From NCBI GenBank assembly GCA_951406725.2, contig OX597840.1, positions 23,498,001 to 23,562,000 on the forward strand: a DNA stretch of 64,000 nt. Reading direction: 5' to 3'. Positions 1-14,757 of this stretch are shown here, piece after piece; positions within the stretch are counted from its first letter, which is position 1, and each line of letters opens with the position of its first letter. The position numbers and the translations under genes are program-made. This DNA is from Octopus vulgaris (taxonomy: Eukaryota). The notes under the pieces are model-generated. The model searched no databases. It saw only the letters and a program-made list of their open reading frames with translations, and had not been told where the DNA came from.

Positions 1-379
1 TTTTACCAATAAAATTTATAATACTTGTAAATAAATGACAATAAAACAACAGTAGAATGTAAAGAATATTTTATGTAAAGTCAAAAACAATGTCAAGATC
101 ATTTAGAATAGACAAAATATTATTATTATAATTGTTTTCTGAATCACTTTGAAAAGACTCAGGGACACCATCATTTGTAGACGTGACCACTGATTCACAA
201 GCAAAGAAACAAGTCTAGAGTTGTTTACTGAGAAGCATTCCTTTGCTCTTTATAAACTTCTTGGTTAGACACAGATGCATTTGTTATGGTAGTAGAAAGT
301 TTTGAAAATTTGGATGTTGTGCTTGAAAAATAAAACTCATAAACAATGTCTGTAACTTGGGAAATGAATCTATTCCTCA

Positions 380-610
380 TGAAATGTGTTCTCTGTCTGA
401 GGGACATCTATGCTTCTTCTTTTTTGTGTGTTCACATCCTGAACTAGTTATTGCACAAATTAAATTTTTGGATGCACAAGTGAAATCAGTCTCAATTATG
501 AATCTCTGTCCTGGTTTAAAATGGAATTCCGAACCTTCCAGTACTTTCAAGAATGTTCCACATTTCGGACATCTGCATTCATTAACTCTTCATTCTATTG
601 TTGAGCACCC
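380..610 (-). mobile_element. Penelope-like element remnant (GIY-YIG endonuclease region)
   Basis: Minus-strand translation CRCPKCGTFLKVLEGSEFHFKPGQRFIIETDFTCASKNLICAITSSGC resembles the Cys-rich/'FTC.S.NLIY.I.C..C' start of PLE GIY-YIG domains; it is disrupted by stops. Confidence 0.5.
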
Positions 611-870
611 ATTACACTCTCAGAGTGGTTGGTGAAAGGAAGAGCATCCAGCCGTAGAAGCCATGCGAAATCAGACAGGAATCAGATGCAGCCTTCCAGC
701 CCTGGTCAAAATGTACAACCCATGCCAAGCATGGACACCTTGGGTAAGTGTCTTCTATAATAACCTCGAGCCGACCAAAGCCCTGTGAGTGGATTTGGTG
801 GATGGAAACTAAATGAAGCCTGTTCTGTGTAGATTGGTATGTGTATGTATATCTCTCCCTCTTTTCTCTA

Positions 871-1224
871 TTACTTGTTTCAGTCATTTGACTGCGGCAA
901 TGCTGGAGCACCGCCTTTAGTCGAGCAAATCGACCCCAGCACTTCTTTGCTGAACCACCAAGTGACGGGAACGTAAACACACCATCATCGGTTGTCAAGC
1001 AATGCTAGGGGGACAAACACAGACACAGAAACAAACACACATATATATATATACATATATACGACAGGCTTCTTTCAGTTTCCGTCTACCAAATCCACTC
1101 ACAAGGCATTTGTTGGCCCGAGGCTATAGCAGAAGACAATTGCCCAAGATGCCACGCAGTGGGACTGAACCCGGAACCATGTGGTTGGTTAGCAAGCTAC
1201 TTACCACACAGCCACTCCTGCGCC
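871..1224 (-). mobile_element. tRNA-derived SINE (abundant octopus-type family)
   Basis: Minus strand starts AGGCGCAGGAGTGGCTGTGTGGTAAG (A box) ... GGTTCAGTCCC (B box-like), has an internal microsatellite, and ends in the tail GGTGCTCCAGCATTGCCGCAGTCAAATGACTGAAACAAGTAA. Many further copies occur in the window. Confidence 0.8.
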
Positions 1225-2209
1225 TGTGTTTGTGTTTGTCCCCCAATATCGCTTGACAACCGATGCTGGTGAGTTAAGCAGTTTGGCAAAAGGGAAACAT
1301 AGAATAAGTACTAGGTGTAGAAAGAATAAGTCCTGGGGATCCATTTTCTGCTTTGGCAAGGTTCCCATGGCTGGAGGCCCTTCCTAATGCCGACCACTTT
1401 ACTGAGTGCATTGGGTGCTTTTTATGTGGCACCAGCACCATTGGGGATCACCAAGTAACTCGCAAGATAAAGATCCACTTGGTTGTCAGAGGGAGTGGAA
1501 GCGAGGGGGATGGCTTTTTGTCAGTTGGGAGGTTGATGTATAACAGCAGGAGAGAGACGAGTGTCTTACTATAGAGGAGAAACCTGATGATTCTAGTAGG
1601 AAAAGAAAGGAGAGAATGATAGATATATAGAGAGAAGTAGATGATGTTGGAGATGTATGAGGACATACACAAAAGGTAGTGGTGGTGGGGGAATATTAGT
1701 GGTACAGAGGATAGAGGGGGATGTTTCATAGAAGTTGAGACTTGGGTTTTAAAAAGAAATCTACAAGTCCGTCTACGAGTGCTTGTGAATCGGTGATCAC
1801 ATTTTCAAGTGATGGTGTGCGTGAGTCTAATGCGAGTGACAGTGATTCAGAAAACAATTCTAATAATAATACTTCTTATTCTAAATGATCTCAACATTCT
1901 TTTTACTTTACATTCTGCTGTTGTTTTATTGTCATTTATTTTCGAGTATTATAAATTTTATTGATAAAATATTTTTCTGGGAACGAATTATAACCTTGCT
2001 ATTATGGGAAATTATGGCACCGTTTTGCGAGTTCTCACTTTACGAGCAACCTCTGAGAACAAATTAACTTGTATATTGAGGCATTACTGTATATACCTCC
2101 CGACCACCCTACATTCATACATAATACATATATATATATATATATACACACACACACGCACACAACATACGTCACGCATCCTCTTCCACGTAAATTTTGT
2201 ATATATATA

Positions 2210-2840
2210 TCATCATCATCATCATCATCATTTAGCGTCCGTTTTCCATGCTAGCATGGGTTGGACGGTTTAACTGGGGTCTGTGAAGCCGAATGGCTTC
2301 ATCAGGCCCAGTCAAATTTGGCAGCGTTTCTACGGCTGGATGCCCTTCCTAACGCCAACCACTCCGTGAGTGTAGTGGGTGCCTTTTACGTGCCACCTGC
2401 ACAGGTGCCAGACAGAGCTGGCAAACGGCCACAAACAGATGGTGTTTTTATGTGCCACCGGCACAGGGGCCAGGTGAGGCTGGCAATGGACACGAACGGA
2501 TGGTGCTTTTACGTGCTACCGGCACGGGGGCCAGGCAAGGCTGGCAACGGACACGAGCGGATGGTGCTTTTACGTGCCAACGGCACAGGGGTCAGGCGAG
2601 GCTGGCAACGGACAAACGATCGGATGGTTTGCTTAACCACAGCTGCAATTTCCACTGATGTTGATTTGGTTTGATGTTGACTGTTCTCACTGGTCTTGCC
2701 GGGTCTTCTCACACACAGCATACTTCCATAGGTCTCGGTCTCTAGTCATTTCCTTGGTGAGACCTAAAGTTCGAAGGTCGTGCTTCACCATCTCGTCCCA
2801 GGTTTTCCTGGATCTACCTCTTCCACAGGTTCCCTCAACT
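2210..2840 (-). mobile_element. 5'-truncated RTE LINE: ORF2 C-terminus, 3'UTR with ~60-bp tandem repeats, (GAT)n tail
   Basis: 2840-2690 encodes VEGTCGRGRSRKTWDEMVKHDLRTLGLTKEMTRDRDLWKYAV, homologous to the end of the 46588-49647 ORF, and is contiguous with the repeat that ends in (GAT)n. Confidence 0.8.
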
Positions 2841-2841
2841 G

Positions 2842-2895
<54 letters not shown>

Positions 2896-3162
2896 CATAA
2901 ATATATATACATATATATATACATCTCCAAGGGATCTGGGTTCAAGTCCCATGGCTGGTTGTTGACAAATTTTTAAATGGCGGTGCCCCAGCATGGCCCA
3001 GCTCATGAGCTGAATATGAAATGATAATATATATATATATATATGCGTGTGTATGTGTGAGTGTATATATATATAATATACATATATATATAATATATAT
3101 ACACACACACAATAATATATACATATATATACACACACGCACATATATATATACATACTTAT

Positions 3163-3219
<57 letters not shown>

Positions 3220-3460
3220 TAGAAAATTTTATATTAAAAAAAAAACACTGCCTATCTTAATTTTGAAAATTAAATTTTAAAAAAAACCCGCATTAATTAT
3301 GGAATGACACAGAATATGTGTCTATCCTTCACTCACCGATTTACGTGTCTGTCCAACTGATTGACTGTCGGTCTCTCTACATCTCCGTCTCTCACCCTTT
3401 GCACTATAACGCTGGCATAACGTTTGGTGTTAAGTGAGTCTACTTACAAATATATGCTAC

Positions 3461-3579
3461 AGGAGTTAGCTCCCTTGAACAATGCTGCGAAACCGCTTCA
3501 CTGCCATTTTCTAAGGTCAACCTGTTAAGGGAGACTACTCTTAAATATAGATGGTTTATATATAAGAGTTCTCTCCCTT
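3461..3579. promoter_or_regulatory. Three copies of the AGAGTnnnYTCCCTT motif (candidate promoter element)
   Basis: AGGAGTTAGCTCCCTT at 3461, AAGGGAGACTACTCT at 3527 (inverted), AGAGTTCTCTCCCTT at 3565. Confidence 0.4.
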
Positions 3580-4454
3580 GACACCATTTACCTACAAAAT
3601 AGATTTTATCGTCCGACGTTTACTAGTTTCGATTCTTGGACAACCGCCATGCTGGAGCACCACATCAGCGTGTTTACTCATACTCATCGACGGCTGGGCT
3701 TATCTCTCTTCAGATTGCTACTCATTCCTTCCTTCTCCTTTTGTCGAATTGCTAAGTTACGATGACGTAAACAGCCGAAACCGAAAATGAAGCGTTGACT
3801 TGGGACAAACACAAGTCACAGATATGGAAATATATGTGTGTGCGTGTGTGTGTGTGTGTGTGTGTGCGTGCGCCTGGTGTGTGCGAGCGCGTGTGTATGT
3901 GTGCACGTGTGTTTGCGCACGTAAGTTGTGTGTGTGTGTGTGTGGGTGTGATATATATATACATGTATATATATACACCTTTTACACATTTTTTTCCATT
4001 TTTGCTACGCCGGCGCGAATCTAGTACGGTTGATCGTGTAAATTTTCCAAGCCCCCTCCCCACCCCCTCCTTTGTCAGCGCGCTTTTTTTTTTTCGTCAT
4101 ATTCCTTCAATATACGATGCCTTACACCTGTTACACATATGTTTTTCCATTTTTGCCACCTGGGCGCAGATCTATATATTGTATTTTATTTGGTATTGCC
4201 ACGAAAAAGCATCAAATTAAAAATTTTTTTTATTACCGTAAATATTCCATTTGCTAATTGTCCCCATCCAAAGCCGTCTATTGTTTTATCTTAAAATTAT
4301 CACTTGCTACATATCTCTGCTGTTTTTTTTTCTGACAAAATGATCCACGTTAATAGTTTAAATGTTTTTTTTTCCCGTTGCAATCGTCTTGATTGCTCTC
4401 ATACATATAATCAATTAATTCCATTTATAGATTGTATATTCTAAGTAAAGTGTT

Positions 4455-4829
4455 TATGTTTGGTTGTTCGCTGGAATTGAGCGGATTAGCAAACGTCGCT
4501 TTGTTGTTCCTGTGACTGGTCAGAAGCGTGACCAAATTACATTGCTTCCACTAATTGAAAAATACATCAAACCTGGCTCAGTTATGTACAGTGATTCTTG
4601 GACGGCTTACAAAGATATACAAACATTGGGTTCTCAGCATTACATGATAAACCACAAAGAAACTTTTGTTGACAGCATACATGCACCCGGCGATTTTTAA
4701 TAGCCTAGTATTCCTTCAAACTATCTACACCTGTACCTGGCCAATTATTTATTTATCTCTGCTAGAGAAAAATGAATGATGCTACACCAATTTTTTTAGC
4801 TTGTATTAAATAATTTTGACTTCGTTACC
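4455..4829 (+). mobile_element. Merlin/IS1595-type DDE transposase remnant
   Basis: WLFAGIERISKRRFVVPV..RDQITLLPLIEKYIKPGSVMYSDSWTAY..INHKETFVD matches the ISXO2/Merlin catalytic-domain pattern. Possible terminus ...GTTACC at 4829. Confidence 0.75.
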
Positions 4830-5329
4830 CATTAAAAAAATTGCATTATGTTTTTAACTTATCTCTCTGTTTTTATATAATATATTGCGTGTGTAGGCAT
4901 GTATAAATTTATATATAGAGAGAGATTTTAAAAGTGTGCCGTATATATGGTTTTCTAATCTGGCAACCCTATCCAAACATGTCCCTTATGAGCCGATCCA
5001 ATTGATGATACAGCATAGAATTCACACTTGATCAATGTATGATAAAAGTTACACATTTCTCCAAACTAATCTACAATAAATGTTTGTTTTCAAGTTATAT
5101 AATTTGATGACATTTTTTAATATACAAAATACTTGATATTAGATACTAAGATACAGTGATGAGAGATAAACGAAGGGATAAGTTTGTTCATTAAATGCTA
5201 ATGATGGTGGTTATCTAGTGAATATGTGATGGAGCCATTGAGTAGATGGTAGCCATGTGAGAGTGAATGTGTGGAAAATATATTTCCTAGTCACTGATAA
5301 AATGTTAAAATATAACAATGGTAGGAAAT

Positions 5330-5777
5330 TCTTGACAGAAGGTCTTCAGAGACAAAACCCCCTGTGGCAAGTCTTTTGTTCCCTAACTTGTTACATTCTA
5401 CCAACTATTTCTAAGTTAGAACTCGCTCTCCACTCCACATTTCACAGCATCTATTTCCTTGTATTTATTGCACATGTACATCTACTATTTTTCGTGTTGA
5501 CGTTCCTCTAATATTGCTGCACATCTTATGTATCCATAACTGGCACTGGCTACACCTTATGGAGTTCCTGCATATTCCTTTTCCATATTTCAAGCAGGGC
5601 CATTTCCCTATAAGATTTGTCTGCTTACTAACTTACTAAGACTTTGGTCTCTGTTAAATTAACTCTAAGGCCCACTAATTGCATACCCTGCTTACACACC
5701 TGAAATTTCTTTTCTCTTGCTGGTATTGATTCAGCTGTAAGATGATCAGCATAGAGGATCTCACAGGGGCAGCCCAG
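5330..5777 (-). mobile_element. RTE LINE fragment (YADD to PHD region), decayed
   Basis: Homologous to 47150-47580 of the full RTE ORF (GCPCEILYADH). Confidence 0.7.
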
Positions 5778-6134
5778 TATATGTGTGTGTGTGTGTGTGT
5801 ATTGTGGTTAGTGACTAAATTATAGTGATATTTATGTTTGATCTGTTCTAAAGGTCATGACACTCGTGAACACTAATTTCCTGAATGGATCTACTCAGTG
5901 AGGGGTGACCTAGGGCTAAACAACAGTGACTTATCATGTTTTCTAAGACAGTACAACGTTATTGTCCAGTATTTTGTAGTTTAGCATTTTACATAATACT
6001 TGAAGGTGGACGAGCTGAAGTCTGTGCATATGTGGACATTACACAAGGTTGTATAATATAACTTTAATCACAAAATAAGTTTTAAAGACTAATTATTGGG
6101 GTAAAAGTTTATATCCACAGTTTATCATTATGAA

Positions 6135-6260
6135 AATGTAGTAATATTTTTTATAGTTGAATCTCTGCTTTTCAAGTCTTTCCTATATCTTCTACTGTTT
6201 CTGTGTCATTTCAGAATATGAGATGTTAGTGGTATAAAGGAGTATTTACATCAGATCCAT
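6135..6260 (+). promoter_or_regulatory. Conserved splice acceptor / start of the ZNF subfamily-A terminal exon
   Basis: Pyrimidine tract ...CTGTTTCTGTGTCATTTCAG|AATATG (AG at 6213-6214). Near-identical inverted copies at ~25320-25440 and ~28670-28790, each a few hundred bp upstream of an MNPxEM start. Confidence 0.65.
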
Positions 6261-6560
6261 CATGAATATTGATCATCACTTGAAGACTAATGGAAGATAT
6301 TATAAATAATAAATATAACCCTGTTTCTATAACAAATCTCTGGTAAGTAACTGAAATATTTCCTTAGAATTAATAGCAACATTTGCTTTATTCCATTGCC
6401 AGGAATATTTACAAAAGTATCTGAACTTCTGCTTGAAATTGGAAAAATCTGCAAAGGTGTTTGTATTAGCTTCAGATATTCACAAAGATCAGATTTGCTG
6501 TGATTATAACTGTAGAAGTTCTTGTATCAACAGAGAAATATATAAAGAATAAATAAATAA

Positions 6561-7479
<919 letters not shown>

Positions 7480-7480
<1 letters not shown>

Positions 7481-7945
7481 TGTCTAAAAGGATTGCCCAA
7501 CATTTACTGAATCTTGAGTCTGTGTGCCCCAGATTCCTGAATTCTGTTCTCATCACCTTCTTCTAAGTAAAATGCATTTGACCTCATCTATTTTCTGTAC
7601 ATTTCTTGTGTTTATTGTACGTGTACATCTACCACACACAAAGACTATTTTCCATGTTGACATTCCTCTAACATTGCAGCACCTCTTATGTGTACATAGC
7701 TTGCATGAGGTACACCTGATGGAGTTTCTACTTTTGCCTTTTCCACATGTCAAGCAGGGCCATTTCCCTGAAAGGATTTGTTTGCTTTCAAACTTATTAA
7801 GACTATAGTCTTTGTTCCATGAAATATAAGTTCCACAAATTGCAGTTCTTGCTTCCATTCCTGAAATTTCTTTTCTCATGCCATTATTTATTCAGCTAAA
7901 ATAAGAAGGCAATCAACATAGTGGAGCTCCCAGGGGCAGCCCAAC
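7480..7945 (-). mobile_element. RTE LINE fragment including the PHD finger
   Basis: ORF 7553-7879: SGKWPCLTCGKGKSRNSIRCTSCKLCTHKRC..FVCGRC. Partly duplicated at ~10545-10770. Confidence 0.75.
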
Positions 7946-8088
7946 ATTAGGTTTAATGTCGGATTATAGAGTCTTCAATGCTTCTGCATTCACAAAGCAT
8001 TTGGCTACTCTATGACTGGACATCACCTCAATAACTTCAGTACATTTACTGCGCAATGCTTACACACACACAAACATATCTATTATAT

Positions 8089-8522
8089 TGTAGCAATATT
8101 GCTATCTTCACTGTTTGAGAAAAACATTAGGAATGATCTTGTTTGAGATTACAAACTTCTTTGGCTAGTTTAACCTTGTTGTGTCCACTGATCTGATTGG
8201 TTAGCATCTAAGCGCGGTCTGTCTCTCTACTTACTTCGCGCCAGGGTGTAAAATGACCAATCACGGCTGTCTTTCAGCTTAAGACCTTTTAAGGTCTTGG
8301 TCGGAGACCACACAGAGCTTACTCAACCATGTTCCAGTTCGAAAGGCAGACGACAGCCAAGCCAAACATAATATGAAGACGCTATTGTAAACCAGTGACA
8401 GACAGAACGTCATCACCAACATCGTCTCCATCTACGAAGATTTCAACTTGTACACAACAAGATAAATACAGATTCAACTCATGCTGTTAGTGTGAATATC
8501 TCACCACGGAAAAACAATTGCA
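8089..8522 (+). mobile_element. Probable solo LTR
   Basis: TG...CA ends and LTR-like composition. Flanks TTATAT/GTATAT are only an imperfect TSD. Confidence 0.35.
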
Positions 8523-9901
8523 GTATATATATCTGAAAGAAAATCTATATCAAGAGAAAAATATGCACAAGTGACTCAACTAATCTCCGCTCCGAGACTC
8601 AAATCTTGTATAGAACTCATTATCGTGTACTACATGAACTGGTAAAATAACTCCATTTTAACTCAAATTGTTGAGACTTCTCTTATGCTCTGTTGTATTT
8701 GCATACACCTTATTCTGTACTTCTGTCGCACACACGAACACACAGACACAAATATTATAAGCATGCATTCATGACATAACACTACGCTAATAATCGCAAA
8801 TCACTTTGTACACTGTGAATAAAATCTATCTTCTCTTTATAAAAGTAGAACGGTTTTTGGCGTCCTTTATTCATTTACTTTGGCACTGTATATCAAACAT
8901 GTATTATGGCTTATATAACATTATGTTATGTTGGGAAGCGGCCATGCGCTGTACAAGAGGAGAAATATGTCACCAAACTCCTCGTGTATGGACGTATTCT
9001 AACAATATAAAATCCGTTTTGTCTGTGTGTCTTCTAGGATCTTGGGCATCCTCCATCTGATTGCATTCAAATTTGATGTGTAGATACCAACGGTATCAGG
9101 GTGTGTAAAAGTCTTCAAAAAATTACAAAAATCGATTCCAGGTGATAATGCGATCGAGAAAGCCATGGGAACATGCATTTGTACGCACAGGTACATCAGC
9201 TGTTGTGTTCGATACTACATGTACACGAGAAAAATGCACGTGCAGTTTGCGCAAAAAAAGCCGGCTGGCTTGAAGTAATGCCACAAAATGCAGTATATCT
9301 AAGAGAGCAAAAAGATAAGATGCAAAAGAGATATTCTCTTCAAACTTGGCATGAAGGAAGGAAAGACTATTTGGTTTCTCAAGAAGTTTATTTTTTGCCT
9401 TAACTTCGTTTAACATAATCAAAAATTTTATTGAAATAAAGACATGCTTAATTATTTTTCAATGAAAAGAAAACACTGATTACTCTTTATTCAGCAGATC
9501 TGATTCAGCACCGTCCATTGAACGGTGGGTGTTTTACTCATGTGTATATATATATATATAAATTTTAGTTTCAATAGGTAGATGTGTGATGTACTTCTGA
9601 TGACACCCACACACACATATAACTGCATTCCCAACCTCTTGACACCTTCCATACATCGTCTCTTACTTTGTGTGGCTTTTTTCCCTTGCATCTTGTCACC
9701 AACATCTTTTTATCCCTGATACTCCCACCCACTCTTAGGTAAAAGTATACTTGGAAAAATTTGCAAAGGTGTTTGTATTAGCTTCAGATATTCACAAAGA
9801 TCAGATTTGCTGTAATTATAGCTGTAGAAGTTCTTGTATATAAAGAGAAATATATAAAGAAAGAAAAACTGCATTTTGTGCTTGTCTACTGGAGAACAAT
9901 A

Positions 9902-10540
9902 ATGAATCCTCAAGAGATGACAAAAGAAAAAGAATTGTCATACCAATGTGATATCTGTAAAAAGTTTATATCTAGTCAGGGAAATCTCACTGTTCACAAA
10001 CGTATCCATGCAGGTGGAAAGCAATATCATTGTGATATCTGTGGAAAGTCTTTTTTGGTGAAAAGTAACCTTACTTCTCACAAATCCATTCATACAGGAG
10101 AGAAACCATATCACTTCAATATTTGTGACAAATCCTTCATAGTAATAAGTAATTTAACTTCTCATGAACTTACTCATACAAATGAGAGACCTTATCACTG
10201 TGATATTTGTGGTCAATCATTCTATCATAGGAGTGGCCTTACTTATCACAAATCCATTCATATAGGAGAAAAACCATGACTGATATTTGTGGTAAATCAT
10301 TCTCTCAAAAATCTAACCTTACTAGACACAAATCCATTCATACAAGAGAGAAGCAATATCAATGTAATATCTGTGGTATGGCATTCTCTCATAAAAGGAA
10401 ATTATCTCAGCATGAAGCCACTCATATAAGAGACAATCCATATCCCTGTGATATATCTGTGTAAATCATTTCTTTCTCAAGGCAGTTTAACCTCTCATAG
10501 ATACATTCATGCAGCAGAGAAATGATATTCTTGTGAAATA
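9902..10540 (+). pseudogene. C2H2 zinc-finger gene, subfamily A, partial tandem duplicate, frameshifted
   Basis: MNPQEMTKE start, 4 fingers (one C>F), deletion/frameshift at ~10276. 10330-10670 is almost identical to 7268-7610. Homology to other copies begins only at ~9750, so the conserved acceptor is missing. Confidence 0.85.
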
Positions 10541-10893
10541 TTTGTCTAAAAGGATTGCCCAACATTTACTGAATCTTGAGTCTGTGTGCCCCAGATTCCT
10601 GAATTCTGTTCTCATCACCTTCTTCTAAGTAAAATGCATTTGACCTCATCTATTTTCTGTACATTTCTTGTATTTTTTGCATGTGTATTTGCTTTCCAGC
10701 TTATTAAGGCTTTAGTCTTTGCTAAAAATATCTTTTATCATGCTGTTATTGATTCAGGATCTCAAAGGGGCAGCGCAATATATATATATATATATAATAA
10801 TTATTTGAGGGAATATTAATCCTAACTTACAAGGAAAAAAAATTCAATTTAAAAATACTAAATCAAATTTCACACAATATAATATATATAAAA

Positions 10894-11199
10894 AAAATTA
10901 GAAAAAACACCTTTTATCAATTCAAAATGAACAATTAAATTACACCATCTAGAAAATTACATATAATAGAAATATTAAAATTAAAATAACAATAAAATAC
11001 CAATGATTAAGTAAATTGCAAAAAAATAATAAAAACGTATGTAATTCGTAGAATACGTTTTTATTAATTTTTTGCAATTTACTTAATCATTGGTATTTCT
11101 TTGTTATTTTAATTTTAATATTTCTATTAATGTAATTTTCTAGATGGTGTAATTCAATTGTTCATTTTGAATTGATAAAAGGTGTTTTTTTCTAATTTT
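10894..11199. repeat. Long AT-rich palindrome (foldback), arms ~147 bp, loop ~12 nt
   Basis: TTAGAAAAAACACCTTTTATCAATTC...AAAAACGTAT / ATACGTTTTT...GAATTGATAAAAGGTGTTTTTTTCTAA. Confidence 0.9.
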
Positions 11200-11475
11200 A
11201 CATATATATATATACATTATTGGAAAACCTATATGATATTAGCTGAAGATTACTTGACATATTATATTTGCTGTAATATTTGCAGCTTTAATAAATTGTT
11301 ATAGTATGAAACAATTGTACTAAATTACTGGATCCATTCTTGTTGCTTATTTTTTGGTTATAATCACCCCACATAATTTTATGGGTAATACCATAAAAAA
11401 TTCTGGTGCATCTAAATTAAGTACCATATTCATTTGAATCTAAATTGTTTTCCTGAACTTATATATATATATATA

Positions 11476-12039
11476 CACTTGCGTCGGAAATTAATTAGCA
11501 CTTCTCAAATTTCTACATGTTCTTACATTTTCTTAATTTAATTAACTTATTATCAGAAACGAACTCGTTTTTAATCAAAAATCTATTAAAACATATCCCA
11601 GCACACCACATAATTGTTATTAATCGTGAAATTTAGTCAATATCTTGTTGCACCTCCTTTGGCAGCAATGACAGCTGCTACGCGGGTCGGCATGCTGTCT
11701 ATGAGTGCCTGCAGGTACTGTGCAGGGATGGCCCCTCATGCAGCAAGAAGTGCCCCAAACAGCTCCTGTCGGTTCCTGTATTGCTGCACATTCAAATCCC
11801 TACCCAATCGACTCCAGAGGTTCTCAATAGGGTTCAGGTCAGGTGACTGGCCAGCACGTACTCCTCGCCACCAAAGAGGTATCCTGTGCTATCTCAACGT
11901 ACTTTGCTGCGTTGATGTTGCCTTCGACGGCATAGAGCCGCCCAACACCACTGTAGCTGAACGCCCCTCACACCATCAGACCACCCCCACCATGCTTCAT
12001 GGTGAGCAAATCAAGGATGCTAATTAATTTCTGACGGTA

Positions 12040-12042
<3 letters not shown>
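11476..12042 (-). mobile_element. Internally deleted Tc1-like transposon
   Basis: TIRs CACTTGCGTCGGAAATTAATTAGCA / TGCTAATTAATTTCTGACGGTAGTG with TA flanks. Minus-strand motifs HGGGGLMV*GAFSYSG and SPDLNPIENLW. Confidence 0.85.
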
Positions 12043-12576
<534 letters not shown>

Positions 12577-12579
<3 letters not shown>

Positions 12580-13272
12580 GGTGTTCCAGAAGTCTTGGGC
12601 ACATTTTGACATTGAATATCTTTCAAACTATTAAGGACATAAAAACGCATCAGATATATTCTGAAAGTTTGCAGTTTCAAGTTTTTTAAGGAATTTTCCA
12701 AGAAGTTCAATGTGAGCACCATTGGGGACACGGCACACATCAAGTCCAATGCGTTCCAGCATTGCGTTGTCGATAGTTGCAATTTGGACCTTCAGTTCAT
12801 CCACGTCTTTTGAAAGAGGAGACACATAGACCAGTCCTGAGATCTGGAGACCTGGGAGGCCAGGGCATAAGAACGCAATCATCTCGCCCAGACCGTCCAT
12901 CTGTCTGGAAGTAATGTGTTCAGATACTCTCTAACGCCCCCGTCCTGTTGGAAAATGAAGTCCCTACTGGCTCTTCTGATCGATTTACGGGGTCTCCGAT
13001 GGAAGGCAGTTCAAACTCGCTCAACCGTATCATCTGAAGTTGAGGGGCATCCTGTTCTCTTAGCTGGGTACAAATAGCCATCCTTCATGAATTTACCATC
13101 TCAATATGGACTTCCTTTCTGGTGCCTCTTTTCGGAATTTTGTGTGAAATGCATGTTGAACAAGTGTCCATGATTCAGTTTTTGCAAATTCAAGGATGCA
13201 AAACGCCTTTTCTGGTTGAGTGAACACCATTGCTGGATCTGAAAAATATGAAAAAATCATTAGCATTGCAAA

Positions 13273-13278
<6 letters not shown>
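12577..13278 (-). mobile_element. Tc1/mariner-superfamily transposase remnant (Tc3/maT-like)
   Basis: Terminus TA|CAGGGTGTTCCAG. Minus strand gives MVFTQPEKAFCILEFAKTESWTLVQHAF, FQQDG and WPPRSPDL. Confidence 0.75.
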
Positions 13279-13311
<33 letters not shown>

Positions 13312-13314
<3 letters not shown>

Positions 13315-13444
13315 CAAGGGTTAAGCAACAAGTTGCTTCACCGTGGAGTCATATCTGTAGTAAAAAGGAAATGAGCTGTCTTTTGGCTGCTATTTCTAAA
13401 TTTTCGGTATGTGGTGAAGCAACTTGTTGCTAAACCCTTAATTA
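13312..13444. repeat. Short inverted-repeat element
   Basis: AAGGGTTAAGCAACAAGTTGCTTCACC ... GGTGAAGCAACTTGTTGCTAAACCCTT. Confidence 0.7.
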
Positions 13445-13852
13445 TATTTAATTATATATAAAAACATTTTCTATAAAAGTTTCTACCGATGATGGTTTTC
13501 TTTCCATACCGAAATTACTTGGTAAAATTTATTAATTATTAAATTAATAATTCTTTACACTGTATCTGTGTATATATATATATATATAAATAGAAAATGG
13601 GACAAGAATGCAAAACATCCGGACACCTAGGTGGTACAAAAAGGGACAACAAAACAAAGAAAACACGGACGGGTCATACGAAGTTCTCTTTCCTCAGTCA
13701 AGTACCAGATTATCCTCGCAATTTCGACTGATTATTCTTGAGGTTGCTCCAATCTGGCCAGCCCCAAGTAAAAACTAAGCTAAGAGCTTTAGATTCCTTG
13801 GAAGAAAGCAGCAAATGTATACAAAAACAAGGACGGAAAAAATGGACAAAAA

Positions 13853-14270
13853 TGTGGTAATTGTTCAGTTTAATGACATAAAAAAGTAAATAAAAATTAA
13901 AGGGGAGATAAGTAGTAAAAGCAGTTTACTTTTTACACAGCATAAAGACTAGCGATCACCACCAGAAAGTGAACAAAGGACTTATTTTTCTCAATGGAAT
14001 TTCACCTGAGGATCTCAAGGAGATATGAAACAATTCGTCTGATGTCCCAAATTATCGTCTCAACTTCCATTTCACTCACAGCCACATATTTTCTTCATTT
14101 TCTGATCGTTCTGATCATGACAATTGATTGTAAAGTAAAGAATGTCCAAACATCTTTAAGTTGACGTTTATGTTCCTTTGTTATGTCCCTTTGCTTCTTT
14201 TACTACTTACCCCCCCCCCCCAATTTTTATTTACTTTTTTTACATTTATAAAATGAACAATTTACGATAT
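13853..14270. mobile_element. MITE-like element with ~65-bp imperfect TIRs
   Basis: AATTGTTCA..AAAAAAGTAAATAAAAATT..TAAGTAGTAAAAG versus CTTTTACTACTTA..AATTTTTATTTACTTTTTT..TGAACAATT. Confidence 0.6.
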
Positions 14271-14309
<39 letters not shown>

Positions 14310-14331
14310 CACACACAGTGACATATATACT

Positions 14332-14714
14332 CTTTTACTTGTTTCAGTCATTTAACTGCGGCCATGCTGGAGCACCACCTTTGATTGAGCAACTTGACCC
14401 CGGGACTTATTCTTTGTAAGCCTAGTACTTATTCTATCAGTCTCTTTTGCTGAACCGCTAAGTGACGGGGACATAAATACACCAGCATCGGTTGTCAAGC
14501 AATGCTAGGGGAACAAACACAGATACACACACACATATATATATATATACATATATACGACAGGCTTCTTTTAGTTTCCGTCTACCAAATCCACTCACAA
14601 GGCTTTGGTCAGCCCAAGGCTACAGTAGAAGACACTTGCCAAAGGTGCCACGCAGTAGGACTGAACCCGGAACCATGTGGTTGGTAAGCAAGCTACTTAC
14701 CACACAGCCACTCC

Positions 14715-14757
<43 letters not shown>

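Noticed and set aside
8900-9420. Coding-like stretch, possibly a DNA transposase C-terminus
   Set aside because: Multiple stops and no motif I can assign confidently.
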